Assembly (NCBI GenBank): GCA_027214255.1
Contig: JAPWHL010000006.1
Location: 141,348-173,347 of the forward strand
Direction of reading: 5' to 3'
DNA length: 32,000 nt
From: Roseovarius aestuarii
GTDB lineage: Bacteria; Pseudomonadota; Alphaproteobacteria; Rhodobacterales; Rhodobacteraceae
Shown here piece by piece: positions 22,240 through 32,000 of the stretch. The notes below the pieces were generated by a model that was not told the DNA's origin, made no database searches, and worked only from the letters and a program-made list of their open reading frames with translations. Both the position numbers and the translations under genes were made by a program. Every line of letters begins with the position of its first letter. Position 1 is the first letter of the stretch.

Positions 22240-24759
22240 TCAGGCTGATTGGCGAAACTCTGTTTCATCGGTGACGGCAAAGCGACCGCCTTTCAGTTTC
22301 TGCAACTTGCCCTGACGCAGAAGTTGACCGAACGAGCGCAGGCCCTCTTCGCGGGTAAATTCACTTTGATCTACCTCACGCAGCTTTTGCATCAGCATGG
22401 GGCGCGAAAACTGCTCCATACCTTCGACATCCGACATGTAGGCAGCGGCGGCCTCTAGCAGATCGGTCAGGCCGCGTGCGCCCATGTTCTCTGCAAATTC
22501 GCCAAAGCTGCCTTGGGCGGCTTGCGGTGTTTGTTTGGGCGATGATTTGGACGGTGCAGCGTCGTGTGCAGGCTCGTTTGGGGTGGGGCGGGCGGAAGCG
22601 GCACCGGTCGTGGGGCGTGCCCGGCTTTCCAGATCCGCACGCGAGATGCGGCGCGGGCGCACTGGCTGGGCCGGGGCGTCGATGCGCTGTTCGGCGACCA
22701 GTTTCAGTGGCGCGGGGCGCGTTGTCACCGGGCGCTCTGATCGCGATGCGTTGCTGGCAATTGCCTGTGGGCGACGGGGGCGCACGGCGCTTTCCAGATC
22801 CATCCTGTAGGGTTGATCGTCTACGTCGCGTGCCATCGCGCCACCTGCGTTGCGTTCGGCCTTGGTCGCGGCAACTGCGGCGCGCAAGTGTTGGATGGCG
22901 CTGCGCCGTTTGTTGGATTCGGGCTCTTCCAGTTGCGATGCAGCCTCGTCGAAAATGCGTGGTGCCTGCGCATCGGTGCCGATTTTGTCCAGACGAACGG
23001 CCCGCTTGGGGGTGATGATAACCTCGGGCGTGTCGTCGCCTTGGCTGTCGTCATCCTCGAGGGAGTCTGAATCCAGATCGTCGGCCTGACTGTCGATGTC
23101 GCTTGTTGCGGAAGTATTGGCGTCATCCGCCTGCTGAACATCTTCTGATTCTGGGGCCGTCAGGCTGGCGATGTTGGCGGTGATTGCGTCGATCTGATCA
23201 ATGTCCGATGTGGCGTCTGGGGCGTCGTTCTCCAGAATTGTGCGGGTCTGGCGCAATTCGGCTTCGACTTCGGCCAGCTCACGCTGCAACTCGGCCTCGG
23301 CTTGCGGGCTGAGGCTGGACGTTACGTCGGAGTCGTCATCCTCTTCCGCGTCGAGCGTGTCACCGGCCAAAACGGCATCCAAATCGGCACGCTTCATTTT
23401 AACAACGCGGGCACGCAGCGGTGCAATGTCCGTTGTTTCGCTCGTGTCCTCGGATGGTTGATCGTCGTCCTGAACGTCGGCTGTTGGCTTATCCGCCGGG
23501 GCCGGGGCGTCTTGACCCAGCGCGTCGGCCAGCAACTGTGACAGCGTGTCTTCGGCGGAATCCGACGAATCCTGTTCGGCGATGTCATCGCCAAGCCCGT
23601 CGTCATCTGCGTCATTGTCGTCATGGCTTTGGGCCGAGATCGAGTTCAGAAGGTTTGTCAGTTCGTCGTCGGCGTCATCTGTGTCGGTGTCGTCCGCGTC
23701 TTCCATCTGAGCGCTGATTTCGGCGTTGTCCGTTTCATCCACCATATCGGATGCAGGCGTGGTTTCCTCTTGCGCAAAATCGTCATTGGACGCGCTAAAC
23801 CGTGCCAGCATGTCGTGATCGTCATCGACCGCCTCGGCGCTTACGTCGGTTGAAGCGGCGGCAGTTGCGTCATCCTCCACAGCTTCCTGTGTTTGCCCCT
23901 GGTCAATGGGGACGTCGGTATCTGCTTTTAAATTGTCCTCGGACTCGTCGTCTTCGGCCAATGCGGCGTCCAGATCGGCAGCAGTTTCGCTGAGGAAGTC
24001 ATGCGCATGTTCGTCTTCGGCGTAAAATGACTCCTCGGCCTCGGAATCTTCGGCGTCAAACTCGGACATCATGCTGCTTGCTGCGGTGGTTCCCAGTGCG
24101 GGCGTGGCGACGGCGCGGATACGGCGCAATTTGTCTGCGACGCTGTCGCCAAAGGGGGCGGCCTGTGGCGCGACGGGTTGGGCAGCAGGGGCTTCCATAG
24201 CTGGGGCGATGTTCGCGGCCTGTGCGGCAGGCTGTGCCGGTGCGGCAGGTGCCGGAGCGCGTTGCGCCTGAACCGGTTGAGCATTGGCCTGTTGTGTCGG
24301 GGAGGGTGTCGCAGGGGCCGGTGTGGCAGGGGCGTTCACGTCCGGCGTCACGACTGCCTCAGGGGCGCGTTCCTGAACGTCGGTCGGTGCCTGTGTCTCT
24401 TGTGGCAAAGCCGCTGCCATGTCCTGAGCAGTGGACATGGCAGGGTTTTCGACCGCTGCGCCGTTTTGAGCGGCAGCTTCAAGCGCAGGGGCCGGTCCGG
24501 CACGCAGGTGGATACGCCCATCAGTACTGTGGGCTTCGACACGGCGTGCAATTTCGCGTTCGGCAATACGAGCCAGCATTTCTGCGTCGGGCGATGGAGG
24601 TTCGGCACCAAAGTACCGGTCATCCGCTGCTAGGTCGCGAAAATACTCTGCAATCGCCTTCATGGTATCGAAGGAATCGTCGAACCCTTCCAAGGTGCAC
24701 GAGAACGTGCCGTAGGAAACGGTAAGGATTTTACTTGTGCTAACCATCTTTTTGCTCAC
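22240..24759 (-). CDS. Large hyper-acidic, largely low-complexity protein of unknown function with small structured-looking N- and C-terminal domains
   Basis: 839-aa ORF with GTG at 24759 (an ATG lies 4 codons in). N-terminus: ILTVSYGTFSCTLEGFDDSFDTMKAIAEYFRDLAADDRYFGAEPP. An Ala/Pro/Gln-rich segment comes next. A stretch of about 370 aa follows, dominated by Asp/Glu/Ala/Thr/Ser with almost no Lys/Arg. The C-terminus reads FGEFAENMGARGLTDLLEAAAAYMSDVEG...LLRQGKLQKLKGGRFAVTDETEF. There is no signal peptide or TM segment by eye. The length and consistent GC3-rich frame support coding. Confidence 0.7.
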   Translation of the reverse strand: MSKKMVSTSKILTVSYGTFSCTLEGFDDSFDTMKAIAEYFRDLAADDRYFGAEPPSPDAEMLARIAEREIARRVEAHSTDGRIHLRAGPAPALEAAAQNGAAVENPAMSTAQDMAAALPQETQAPTDVQERAPEAVVTPDVNAPATPAPATPSPTQQANAQPVQAQRAPAPAAPAQPAAQAANIAPAMEAPAAQPVAPQAAPFGDSVADKLRRIRAVATPALGTTAASSMMSEFDAEDSEAEESFYAEDEHAHDFLSETAADLDAALAEDDESEDNLKADTDVPIDQGQTQEAVEDDATAAASTDVSAEAVDDDHDMLARFSASNDDFAQEETTPASDMVDETDNAEISAQMEDADDTDTDDADDELTNLLNSISAQSHDDNDADDDGLGDDIAEQDSSDSAEDTLSQLLADALGQDAPAPADKPTADVQDDDQPSEDTSETTDIAPLRARVVKMKRADLDAVLAGDTLDAEEDDDSDVTSSLSPQAEAELQRELAEVEAELRQTRTILENDAPDATSDIDQIDAITANIASLTAPESEDVQQADDANTSATSDIDSQADDLDSDSLEDDDSQGDDTPEVIITPKRAVRLDKIGTDAQAPRIFDEAASQLEEPESNKRRSAIQHLRAAVAATKAERNAGGAMARDVDDQPYRMDLESAVRPRRPQAIASNASRSERPVTTRPAPLKLVAEQRIDAPAQPVRPRRISRADLESRARPTTGAASARPTPNEPAHDAAPSKSSPKQTPQAAQGSFGEFAENMGARGLTDLLEAAAAYMSDVEGMEQFSRPMLMQKLREVDQSEFTREEGLRSFGQLLRQGKLQKLKGGRFAVTDETEFRQSA

Positions 24760-24893
24760 TTTGCTTTGCCTGCAAAGACAGGGTTTACCATGATCGACGC
24801 GTCTAAAGCGGCCCGAATCTGCGATGTTTACCGTATCATTTCATGGCGAGATTGTGATTTGTTTCCTATGTTGCCCCTAATGCGGAGAGTTTT

Positions 24894-25562
24894 ATGAAGA
24901 TTGTCCAGATTTCGGAGCCAATGACTCTGGTTGGCGGGGCGGATGTGAGTGCCGCGTTATTTCAGATGGCCTTTACCCGAGCACCGCGTCTGGTGGCTGC
25001 GGATGGCGGAGCGGACCGGGCCTTGGCCTGTGGCGCCGTGCCCGAGGCCGTTATCGGTGATTGCGATTCAATCAGCACCGCGGCACGGGCAGCACTGCCA
25101 GCGGAGCGACTGTATGAGGTTTCCGAGCAAGATAGCACTGATTTCGAGAAATGTCTGGCGCGAATTGATGCGCCTTTGATCCTTGGGGTCGGTTTCAGCG
25201 GCGCGCGGCTGGATCATCAGCTGGCTGTGTGTAATGCGCTGACGCGCGCGCCTGATCAACGATGTGTGTTGCTTGGATCGGACGATCTGGTCTTTCTGGC
25301 TCCAGCCTCCATGTTGCTGGATCTACCAGAAGGCTGTCGGGTGTCATTGTTTCCGATGGGCGCGGTCGAAGGGCATTCGGAGGGGTTGAAATGGCCTATT
25401 CGTGGCCTGAACTTTGCGCCTGACGGTCAGATTGGAACGTCCAACATGGCAACTGGGCCTGTGCAGCTGAGCGTGACGGCGCCCAAACTGTTGGTGATCG
25501 TGCCGCTGGCCCAGTTGGACGCGGTGATCGACGGTCTGCGTCAGGCAAAGGCGGGCTGGTAA
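24894..25562 (+). CDS. Thiamine pyrophosphokinase (thiamine diphosphokinase)
   Basis: 222 aa. The pattern LVGGADV...VAADGGADRAL..G..PEAVIGDCDSIS and a C-terminal beta-rich thiamine-binding-like part fit TPK. GGAGAG lies 5 nt upstream of the ATG. Confidence 0.7.
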   Translation: MKIVQISEPMTLVGGADVSAALFQMAFTRAPRLVAADGGADRALACGAVPEAVIGDCDSISTAARAALPAERLYEVSEQDSTDFEKCLARIDAPLILGVGFSGARLDHQLAVCNALTRAPDQRCVLLGSDDLVFLAPASMLLDLPEGCRVSLFPMGAVEGHSEGLKWPIRGLNFAPDGQIGTSNMATGPVQLSVTAPKLLVIVPLAQLDAVIDGLRQAKAGW

Positions 25563-25576
25563 GCGAGACGCCGCGG

Positions 25577-26485
25577 TTATGGCTGGGGCGGAATGCGCCG
25601 TTCCAGATGACGCTCGCGCAAGAATACATAAAGGCCCGAGGCAACAATCAATGCGATTCCGACCATGCTGAGCGGGCCGGGAAGATCGCCAAACGCCCAG
25701 AAACCCAGCAGTGTGGCGCTCACAATTTCAAGATAGTGAATGGGCGCAATGGTTGATGCAGGCGCAAAGCGCAGTGCATAGCTTAGGCAGATGTGGCTGA
25801 TGGTCGCCATGCCGCCCAATCCCAGCAACAGCCAGATGTTGCGCATTTCGGGCCAATGAGCGTCCAGTTCGACAACACCGGATCCGTTGAACGCAAAAAG
25901 GATCGGAAGGGCCAGAAACAGCGCGGCCAGACTGGTATAGGTTTGCAGCGCGATAGGGTGCATGCGTGTCGCCATGCGCCGGGTCAAAATCATATAGCAC
26001 GCAAACAACATCGCAGTTCCCAGCGGTGCCAATGCCACCAATCCGACGTCATCGAACTTTGGTTGGATGATCAGCAATGCGCCCAAGAAGCCTAATGTAC
26101 AGGCGATGATCCGGCGCGGGCCGATGGCTTCGCCCAGAAACAATGCGCTCAGAAGGGTCAGGATGAAGGGCTCGACAAAAAAGATCGCCAAGGTATCGGC
26201 AATGGGCATGAACCGAAGCGCATAGAAAAAAAACGAAGTAGCGATCAGCGTAAGAGATGCCCGTACAAGATGAAGCCCCATTTCCGCCGCAGCGGGGCGG
26301 TGCAGACAGCGCAAGGCCAGCGCAAGCGGCAACAACAGTGAGGCCTGCACGCCAAAACGTATGGCCGTGACCTGCCCGACAGGGAGCGAGTCGCCAATGA
26401 ACTTGGCGAACATGTCCATGACAGGGGCAAAAATGGCAAAGCCCAGCATCAATAGGATGCCTAAAGTGGCGCGATCAGTATTCAT
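25577..26485 (-). CDS. DMT-superfamily transporter (EamA-type, 10 TM)
   Basis: 302 aa that is hydrophobic throughout, with two EamA-like halves. Confidence 0.8.
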   Translation of the reverse strand: MNTDRATLGILLMLGFAIFAPVMDMFAKFIGDSLPVGQVTAIRFGVQASLLLPLALALRCLHRPAAAEMGLHLVRASLTLIATSFFFYALRFMPIADTLAIFFVEPFILTLLSALFLGEAIGPRRIIACTLGFLGALLIIQPKFDDVGLVALAPLGTAMLFACYMILTRRMATRMHPIALQTYTSLAALFLALPILFAFNGSGVVELDAHWPEMRNIWLLLGLGGMATISHICLSYALRFAPASTIAPIHYLEIVSATLLGFWAFGDLPGPLSMVGIALIVASGLYVFLRERHLERRIPPQP

Positions 26486-26617
26486 GCCGCGACGCTAGGC
26501 GGCGAGAATTAGGGTGTAAATGGGCAAAGTGACAAGTTGTCCAAATGCATGTGCAGCGCCACGCGCAGACGGCGCGTGACACGCGCAACATTCTGGCCAT
26601 ACACCGTGCGCGCAAGG

Positions 26618-27991
26618 TCAGCAGTTAGGGACGTTCACGGCCAACCCACCCAGAGATGTCTCTTTGTACTTGTCCATCATATCCGCCCCGGTTTGGCGCA
26701 TGGTTTCGATGCAGGCGTCCAGCGGGACCAGATGCGTGCCATCCCCGCGCAGCGCCAGAGAGGCGGCGGAAACGGCCTTGATCGCGCCCAGACCATTACG
26801 TTCGATACAAGGCACCTGTACCAGACCCTTTACCGGATCACATGTCATGCCCAGATGGTGTTCCAGTGCGATCTCGGCCGCGTTTTCAATCTGTTGGGGG
26901 GTGCCGCCCAAAACGGCGCAAAGACCAGCAGCCCCCATGGCGGCGGCGCTGCCGACTTCGGCCTGACAGCCAGCCTCGGCGCCTGAGATCGAAGCGTTGA
27001 ACTTGACGAGCCCGCCGATGGCAGCGGCAGTCAGAAGAAAATCCTCTACATGCGCCTGAGATGCACCGGGTACGTGATCAAGATAATAGCGGATGACAGC
27101 AGGCACGACACCGGCCGCGCCGTTGGTGGGCGCAGTGACGACCTGCCCACCGGCCGCGTTTTCTTCGTTTACCGCCATGGCATAGGCGCTCATCCAGTCG
27201 TTGATCTTGTGGGGGGCGTGCAGGTTGGTGCCCCGTTCGGCGATCAACGCATCATGGATGCCTTTGGCACGGCGTTTTACGTTCAGACCACCCGGCAATG
27301 TGCCGTCTGTGGTCATACCGCGATCAATGCAGTCGTTCATCACCTGCCAGATGCGTTTCACGCCGGCGGTCATGTCGACCTCGCCCTTGCGTGAGATTTC
27401 ATTGGCGCGTTTCATTTGGGCGATGGATTTGCCTGACGTTTCGCACATCGTCAGCATTTCGGCGGCGGTTTTGAACGGGTAGGGCACAGGCGTGCCGTCG
27501 TCGGTATCGCGTCCGGCGGCCAGTTCGGCCTCGGTCAACACGAAACCGCCTCCGATAGAGTAATAGGTTTCTTGCAAGATCACATCGCCTTGGGCGTCCG
27601 TGGCCATCAGGACCATGCCATTGGCGTGCCCTGCCAGGTTAGGGCCAAAGTCAAACAAAAGGTCTTCTTTGGGATTGAACCGTAAGGGTGGCAGATCAGG
27701 GGGACAGACCGTGTGTGTGTCGCGGATCTGGTCCATGGCGGCCTCGGCCTTTTGGGCGTCATAAGTGTCGGGCACGAAACCGGCGAGTCCGAGAATGGTG
27801 GCGCGATCCGTTGCGTGCCCAACGCCAGTGAATGCCAGTGAGCCATGCAACGAGCCTTTGACGCCAGCAGGGGCAAAGGGGGCGGCGCGCATTTTGTCCA
27901 GAAATCGTGCAGCGGCTACCATTGGCCCCATCGTGTGCGACGATGACGGACCAATGCCCACTTTGAACATATCAAAGACTGAAAGGAACAT
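26618..27991 (-). CDS. sdaA: L-serine ammonia-lyase (iron-sulfur-dependent L-serine dehydratase, single-chain form)
   Basis: [24 protein letters not shown] is the canonical SdaA N-terminus. The protein is about 457 aa with the C-terminal alpha-domain Cys residues. ATG 27991 is preferred, with GGAG 9 nt upstream; the ORF track begins at 28024. Confidence 0.92.
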   Translation of the reverse strand: MFLSVFDMFKVGIGPSSSHTMGPMVAAARFLDKMRAAPFAPAGVKGSLHGSLAFTGVGHATDRATILGLAGFVPDTYDAQKAEAAMDQIRDTHTVCPPDLPPLRFNPKEDLLFDFGPNLAGHANGMVLMATDAQGDVILQETYYSIGGGFVLTEAELAAGRDTDDGTPVPYPFKTAAEMLTMCETSGKSIAQMKRANEISRKGEVDMTAGVKRIWQVMNDCIDRGMTTDGTLPGGLNVKRRAKGIHDALIAERGTNLHAPHKINDWMSAYAMAVNEENAAGGQVVTAPTNGAAGVVPAVIRYYLDHVPGASQAHVEDFLLTAAAIGGLVKFNASISGAEAGCQAEVGSAAAMGAAGLCAVLGGTPQQIENAAEIALEHHLGMTCDPVKGLVQVPCIERNGLGAIKAVSAASLALRGDGTHLVPLDACIETMRQTGADMMDKYKETSLGGLAVNVPNC

Positions 27992-28435
27992 AAGCGCCAT
28001 CTCCATCGGGTTGGCCCTGCGCAAGGCAGGGGTGTTGTCGGCTGTATATAGGGCGGATTGAGCCGCACGTGTACCTAAAGCGACAGGAATAGATGAAAAA
28101 CGCGTCCTCGCTACAGTCAGGAGATTGAACCCAGAGGGGCGGCTGCGCCGCGCAGTGTTGAGGGATGTGTCGCACGGTGCCGATGATCGTGCCGGGCGAC
28201 GTTTGCTGCGCCGTGGGAATGGGTATTTGTCCCAAGAAAAAGAGGGGGCAGGGGTGTTTTTCCGTTGGCGCGTGAGGCAGGGAATAAGGGGGCGGATTGT
28301 GTGGTATGCGACAATTCGCGACGGGTTGGGCGCCGGAAATGTTACGCAATCCAGTTGGAACCGAGGCCCGATGGGCCTAGGTTTCTTGACAACGGATGGC
28401 CGGGAGGGCGATCCAGTGATCCAAAAGGAGTTCCC

Positions 28436-28903
28436 ATGAAAAAGTGTATGGTTGCAATGACTGCCCTAATGTTGGCAGGACCCGTCTATGCCGACAGCGC
28501 TGCTGCGGATGCGATGATGGCTCCCAGCGGGGATAGTGCCGCTGGTGAAGCCGTGTTCAAGAAACAATGCGTGGCGTGTCATGTGGTGGTGAACGACGAG
28601 GGAGAGACCTTGGCCGGGCGTCGTGGCCGTCAGGGCCCAAACCTTTATGGCATTGCGATGCAGCATGTCTCGACAGTTGAAGGGTTTAAATACAGCAAGC
28701 CGATGATGGCTGCGTCAGACCTGCCAGATTTGCGGTGGAACGAGGCAAACTTTGCGGCGTTTGTTCAGGATCCAAGCGGGTGGTTGACGGAGCAACTGGG
28801 AGAAAAGTCGCGCAGCAAGATGACGCATAAGGTGCGCAAGGAACAAGATGCTTTGGATGTGTATGCCTTTATCTATTCGCTGGCTCCACCTGCGAACGAA
28901 TAA
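28436..28903 (+). CDS. Class I c-type cytochrome (cytochrome c2 / c550-like), periplasmic
   Basis: ATG 28436 is preceded by AAGGAG (28425-28430). Signal peptide MKKCMVAMTALMLAGPVYA. Heme motif CVACH. GPNLYG, GFKYS and the distal-ligand region KMTHKV are as in cytochrome c2. Confidence 0.88.
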   Translation: MKKCMVAMTALMLAGPVYADSAAADAMMAPSGDSAAGEAVFKKQCVACHVVVNDEGETLAGRRGRQGPNLYGIAMQHVSTVEGFKYSKPMMAASDLPDLRWNEANFAAFVQDPSGWLTEQLGEKSRSKMTHKVRKEQDALDVYAFIYSLAPPANE

Positions 28904-28933
28904 ACGTTTGGGTTGAATGGCGCTGTATTTCGG

Positions 28934-28970
28934 GGCCGAGGCAGGAAACTGCCTCGGCCTTACTTGTGTC
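28934..28970 (+). terminator. Rho-independent terminator after the cytochrome c gene
   Basis: An 11-bp stem GGCCGAGGCAG (28934-28944) pairs with CTGCCTCGGCC (28949-28959) around a GAAA loop. It is followed by TTACTTGTGTC, a modest T-tract. Confidence 0.6.
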
Positions 28971-29009
28971 TGCTCCCTGGTTTGCGGACAGGGGGCACGC
29001 TGCGTCAGA

Positions 29010-31454
29010 TCAGCATTTCACCTTTTCCATGCGCGGATCATAAAGCGGCTTGAGATGTGCCTGGGCCGGGACACGTTGCGTAGCGACCTCGAGCTCGTAA
29101 TTGCCCTCTAGTACGTAGTCGCGGCTGACGCCGTCGGCGTCGCGCACATACCCCATGCCAATGCTCTGATTGAGGGTGTGACCAAACCCTGCCGAGCTGA
29201 GCCAACCCACGCGCTTGCCGTTGCGATAGATCGTTTCACGCCCCGACAGGATGACATCCGGGCTGGCGGTAAATGTTACCATGCGTTTTTTGACGCCGCT
29301 GTCGCGCTGGGCCTGAACTGCGGCGCGGCCTTTGAAGTCGATGTTTTTCTTCAATTTGACAGCCCAGCCCAGCCCGGCCTCGTCGGGGGAGTGATCGGGG
29401 CCGATGTCGGAGGACCATGCGCGATACCCCTTTTCGAGGCGCAGTGTCTCAATCGCGCGGTAGCCTGCATTGCGCAGACCATGGGACGCACCTGCGGCGT
29501 GCAGGGCGGCATAGACCGTTTGGGCATATTCGACCGGCAGATGCAGCTCCCAGCCCAGTTCGCCGACATAGGTCACGCGCAGGGCATGGACCGGGCAGCC
29601 GGCGATGCCGATGGTTTGCGCCGTGCCAAAGGCAAAGGCCGCGTCGCTGACGTCATCGCGGGTGACGGCCTGAAGAATATCGCGAGCGCGTGGGCCAAAC
29701 AACGACAGGACCGCGCTGCCCGAGGTGACATCGACCAATTGTGCGTTCATGCCGTCAGGGATGTTTTTGGCGATATGATCAAAGTCATGCGTGGCATAGC
29801 CTGTGCCAGTTACGATATAGAACTCGTTCTCGGCCACACGCACAACCGTCAGGTCACATTCGATCCCGCCGTTGTCGTTCAGCATCTGGGTATAGGTCAG
29901 TGTCCCGACCGGACCGGTCACGTCATTGGCCGCGATCCAGCTTAGGGCGTCTTCGGCGTCAGGACCTTTTAGCACGAACTTGGCAAAGCTGGTTTGATCG
30001 AACAGCACCGCTGCTTCGCGCGCGGCCTTATGTTCGCGTGCGACCGCCACATGCCAGTTGGGGCGGTCGAACGTGTAGATGTCGCGGGCCTCTTCGCCCG
30101 CGTTGGTGTCGGCAAACCAGTTGGGGCGCTCCCAACCCAGTTTTTCACCGAACACCGCGCCTTCCGCCTTGAGCGTGTCATAAAGCGGGGATTTTCGGCA
30201 GGGGCGGCCGCTGTCGTGTTCCTCGGAGGGCCAGGCCATGGTGTAATGTTTGCCATAGGCCTCGTACGTGCGCGCGCGGACCCAGTCGGTGTCGAAATGC
30301 GGACGACCAAAGCGGCGGATGTCGACGGCCCAAAGATCATAAGGCGGTTCGCCATTGGCGACCCATTCAGCCAGCGCCATGCCTGCGCCGCCCCCCGCCG
30401 CGATGCCATAGGCGTTAAAACCCGCGCCGACGTAGAAATTGCGCAGTTCGGGGGCCTCGCCCAGAATAAAGTTTCCGTCGGGGGTGAAACTCTCTGGGCC
30501 GTTGGTCAGCGTTTTGATGCCGGCGGTCTCCAATGCCGGAACGCGGCCCAAAGACAGCTCCATCAACTGTTCGAAATGGTCGAAATTACTGTCCAGCAAG
30601 GTATAGTGGAACCCCTTGGGGATGCCGTCTTGTGCCCACATGATCGGGTTTTTCTCATACCCGCCCATGACCAGCCCGCCGACTTCTTCCTTGTAATAGG
30701 TCAGGCGATCAGGATCGCGCAGCGTTGGCAGGTCGGATGTGACGCCGTCAATCTGTTCGGTGACCATGTACTGATGCTCGACTGATACCAGTGGTACGTT
30801 GACGCCCACCTGTTTGGCAAAGTCGCGGGTCCATTGACCGCAACAGGCAATAACCACGCCACATTCAATGCGGCCCTTGTCTGTTTCGACGCCTTTGATC
30901 ACGCCCTTATCGACAATCACCTTGGTGACTTTGGTGTCTTCGAAGATTTGAGCACCCTTCATGCGTGCGCCTTTGGCCAGCGACAGGGTGATGTCGGATG
31001 GGTTGGCCTGACCGTCGGTGGGCATGAATGCGGCACCAACCACGTCGTCGACCTGCATCAGCGGCCACAGGTCCTGCGCCTCTTTCGGGGTCAGAAGCTC
31101 CATTTCAAGGCCAAAGGAATGCGCAGTGGTGGCTTGGCGTTTGACTTCGGTCCAGCGCTCTTCGTTACAGGCCAGACGCAGGCCGCCGTTCATCTTCCAT
31201 CCCGTTGCCTGACCTGTTTCGGCCTCAAGCGTCTTGTAGAGATCCACCGAATAGCCCAGCAACTGGGTGATGTTTGCCGATGACCGCAACTGCCCGACCA
31301 AACCGGCGGCATGGAACGTGGTACCCGATGTCAGCTTCTTGCGCTCTAGCAGAACCACGTCCCAGCCAAGGCGGCTGAGGTGGTAGGCGGTGGAACAGCC
31401 GACGATACCGCCGCCGACGATGACCGCGCGGGCCGTTGTGGGAAAGTCGCTCAT
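29010..31454 (-). CDS. Dimethylglycine/sarcosine-dehydrogenase-family flavoenzyme (DAO domain plus GcvT folate-binding domains)
   Basis: 814 aa. N-terminal FAD fold AVIVGGGIVGCSTAYHL. SGTTFHAAGL is the covalent-flavin His context of DMGDH/SARDH. The C-terminal half is aminomethyltransferase-like. Confidence 0.85.
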   Translation of the reverse strand: MSDFPTTARAVIVGGGIVGCSTAYHLSRLGWDVVLLERKKLTSGTTFHAAGLVGQLRSSANITQLLGYSVDLYKTLEAETGQATGWKMNGGLRLACNEERWTEVKRQATTAHSFGLEMELLTPKEAQDLWPLMQVDDVVGAAFMPTDGQANPSDITLSLAKGARMKGAQIFEDTKVTKVIVDKGVIKGVETDKGRIECGVVIACCGQWTRDFAKQVGVNVPLVSVEHQYMVTEQIDGVTSDLPTLRDPDRLTYYKEEVGGLVMGGYEKNPIMWAQDGIPKGFHYTLLDSNFDHFEQLMELSLGRVPALETAGIKTLTNGPESFTPDGNFILGEAPELRNFYVGAGFNAYGIAAGGGAGMALAEWVANGEPPYDLWAVDIRRFGRPHFDTDWVRARTYEAYGKHYTMAWPSEEHDSGRPCRKSPLYDTLKAEGAVFGEKLGWERPNWFADTNAGEEARDIYTFDRPNWHVAVAREHKAAREAAVLFDQTSFAKFVLKGPDAEDALSWIAANDVTGPVGTLTYTQMLNDNGGIECDLTVVRVAENEFYIVTGTGYATHDFDHIAKNIPDGMNAQLVDVTSGSAVLSLFGPRARDILQAVTRDDVSDAAFAFGTAQTIGIAGCPVHALRVTYVGELGWELHLPVEYAQTVYAALHAAGASHGLRNAGYRAIETLRLEKGYRAWSSDIGPDHSPDEAGLGWAVKLKKNIDFKGRAAVQAQRDSGVKKRMVTFTASPDVILSGRETIYRNGKRVGWLSSAGFGHTLNQSIGMGYVRDADGVSRDYVLEGNYELEVATQRVPAQAHLKPLYDPRMEKVKC

Positions 31455-31457
31455 GTC

Positions 31458-32000
31458 TCAGATGTCCTTTGAAGTGAAGTCGGCCAGCGTGCTGCGGAAC
31501 CGGTCCAGATTTTTGTCGGTATACTCACAATAGTCGAAATCAAGGGTCGAGCTTTGCTCGGATACCATCGACCACATTGTTTCGCGCAGAAGGGACGCGC
31601 ATTTCATTGCCTCATAGCTGCGCCACAGGGGCGCGTCGGGTATATGGCCGTAATAACGCGTCAACATGGCCTCTTCGGCGTCATGCTCCAGCGCACAGTT
31701 GCTGGCCAAGCCGCCCAGATCAAACAGGGGCGAATTGAAGCCGCCATATTCCCAGTCAATCAGCCACATCCGGTCCGGCGTTCGCAGGATATTGGCGGGC
31801 AGTAGATCATTGTGCCCCGGAACCAATTGGACTGGCCCCACTGCGCGTTCCAACATGTCCGCCTGCTCTAACAGGGCGGGCAGGGCCGGGATGTGGCGGG
31901 ACCCTTGGGCATGCAAGGTGGCAGCATAATCGCGCAAGATATGAAAGACCCAAAAGCTCAGGATTGGGCCGCGCAGATGTTTTGGCATGTCACGGTGCAA
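31458..32000 (-). CDS. Choline/ethanolamine-kinase-like (APH-fold) phosphotransferase, C-terminal part only
   Basis: The ORF is open to the window edge. Catalytic-loop motifs HNDLLPANIL and WLIDWEYGGFNSPLFDLG are present. It ends 4 nt before the start of the dehydrogenase gene. Confidence 0.75.
   Translation of the reverse strand: MHRDMPKHLRGPILSFWVFHILRDYAATLHAQGSRHIPALPALLEQADMLERAVGPVQLVPGHNDLLPANILRTPDRMWLIDWEYGGFNSPLFDLGGLASNCALEHDAEEAMLTRYYGHIPDAPLWRSYEAMKCASLLRETMWSMVSEQSSTLDFDYCEYTDKNLDRFRSTLADFTSKDI

Noticed and set aside
28025-28435. 410-bp sdaA/cytochrome c2 divergent intergenic region with a GGGCGGATTG direct repeat (about 28043 and about 28291) and a small hairpin AGGCCC-GAT-GGGCCT (about 28366-28380)
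   Set aside because: A 10-nt repeat once in 32 kb is within chance. I could recognise no riboswitch or sRNA signature, and the ORFs here (125, 104 and 65 aa) have no coding character. It is probably just two promoters and leaders.
1-32000. CRISPR arrays, tRNA/rRNA genes, IS elements and known defence-system genes
   Set aside because: No spaced direct repeats, no cloverleaf-like segments other than the tmRNA tRNA-like domain, and no transposase, integrase or nuclease/ATPase defence signatures were seen in any of the six frames.

Overview
High-GC (about 60%) chromosomal segment that looks alphaproteobacterial, probably Rhodobacteraceae or roseobacter-like. The taxonomic guess rests on a circularly permuted two-piece tmRNA whose tag is ANDNRAPVAMAA. 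All family calls come from reading motifs by eye; no HMM or BLAST search was possible.

Most of the window is ordinary housekeeping. Calls include a flavin monooxygenase (5'-truncated), an Irr-type Fur regulator, an RhlE DEAD-box helicase, the SelO/YdiU AMPylase, a GNAT and a nucleoside hydrolase. They continue with an RHH/DUF4169/FumC block, SspB, a rhodanese-ChrB plus ChrA pair, thiamine pyrophosphokinase, a DMT transporter, L-serine dehydratase and cytochrome c2. A dimethylglycine-dehydrogenase-like flavoenzyme and a choline-kinase-like phosphotransferase (truncated) complete the set.

Two things stand out:

1. About 11.7-21.7 kb is a roughly 10 kb accessory cluster. It lies between the tmRNA gene and an AT-rich 0.4 kb spacer. 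A tightly coupled seven-gene minus-strand operon encodes a cytidylyltransferase-PEP mutase fusion (EDK-x5-NS motif), phosphonopyruvate decarboxylase, an Fe-type alcohol dehydrogenase (probable phosphonoacetaldehyde reductase), three divergent LicD-family phosphotransferases and a TagF-like CDP-glycerol glycerophosphotransferase-family enzyme. A TuaG-like GT2 converges on it. This reads as machinery for a nucleotide-activated C2-phosphonate (predicted 2-hydroxyethylphosphonate) surface-glycan or teichoic-like system. I do not recognise it as characterised in this lineage.

2. ssrA is absent from the ORF track. It appears there only as a spurious 128-aa ORF.

An 839-aa hyper-acidic, mostly disordered protein of unknown function sits next to the cluster. 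No CRISPR array, integrase, transposase, rRNA or tRNA was seen.
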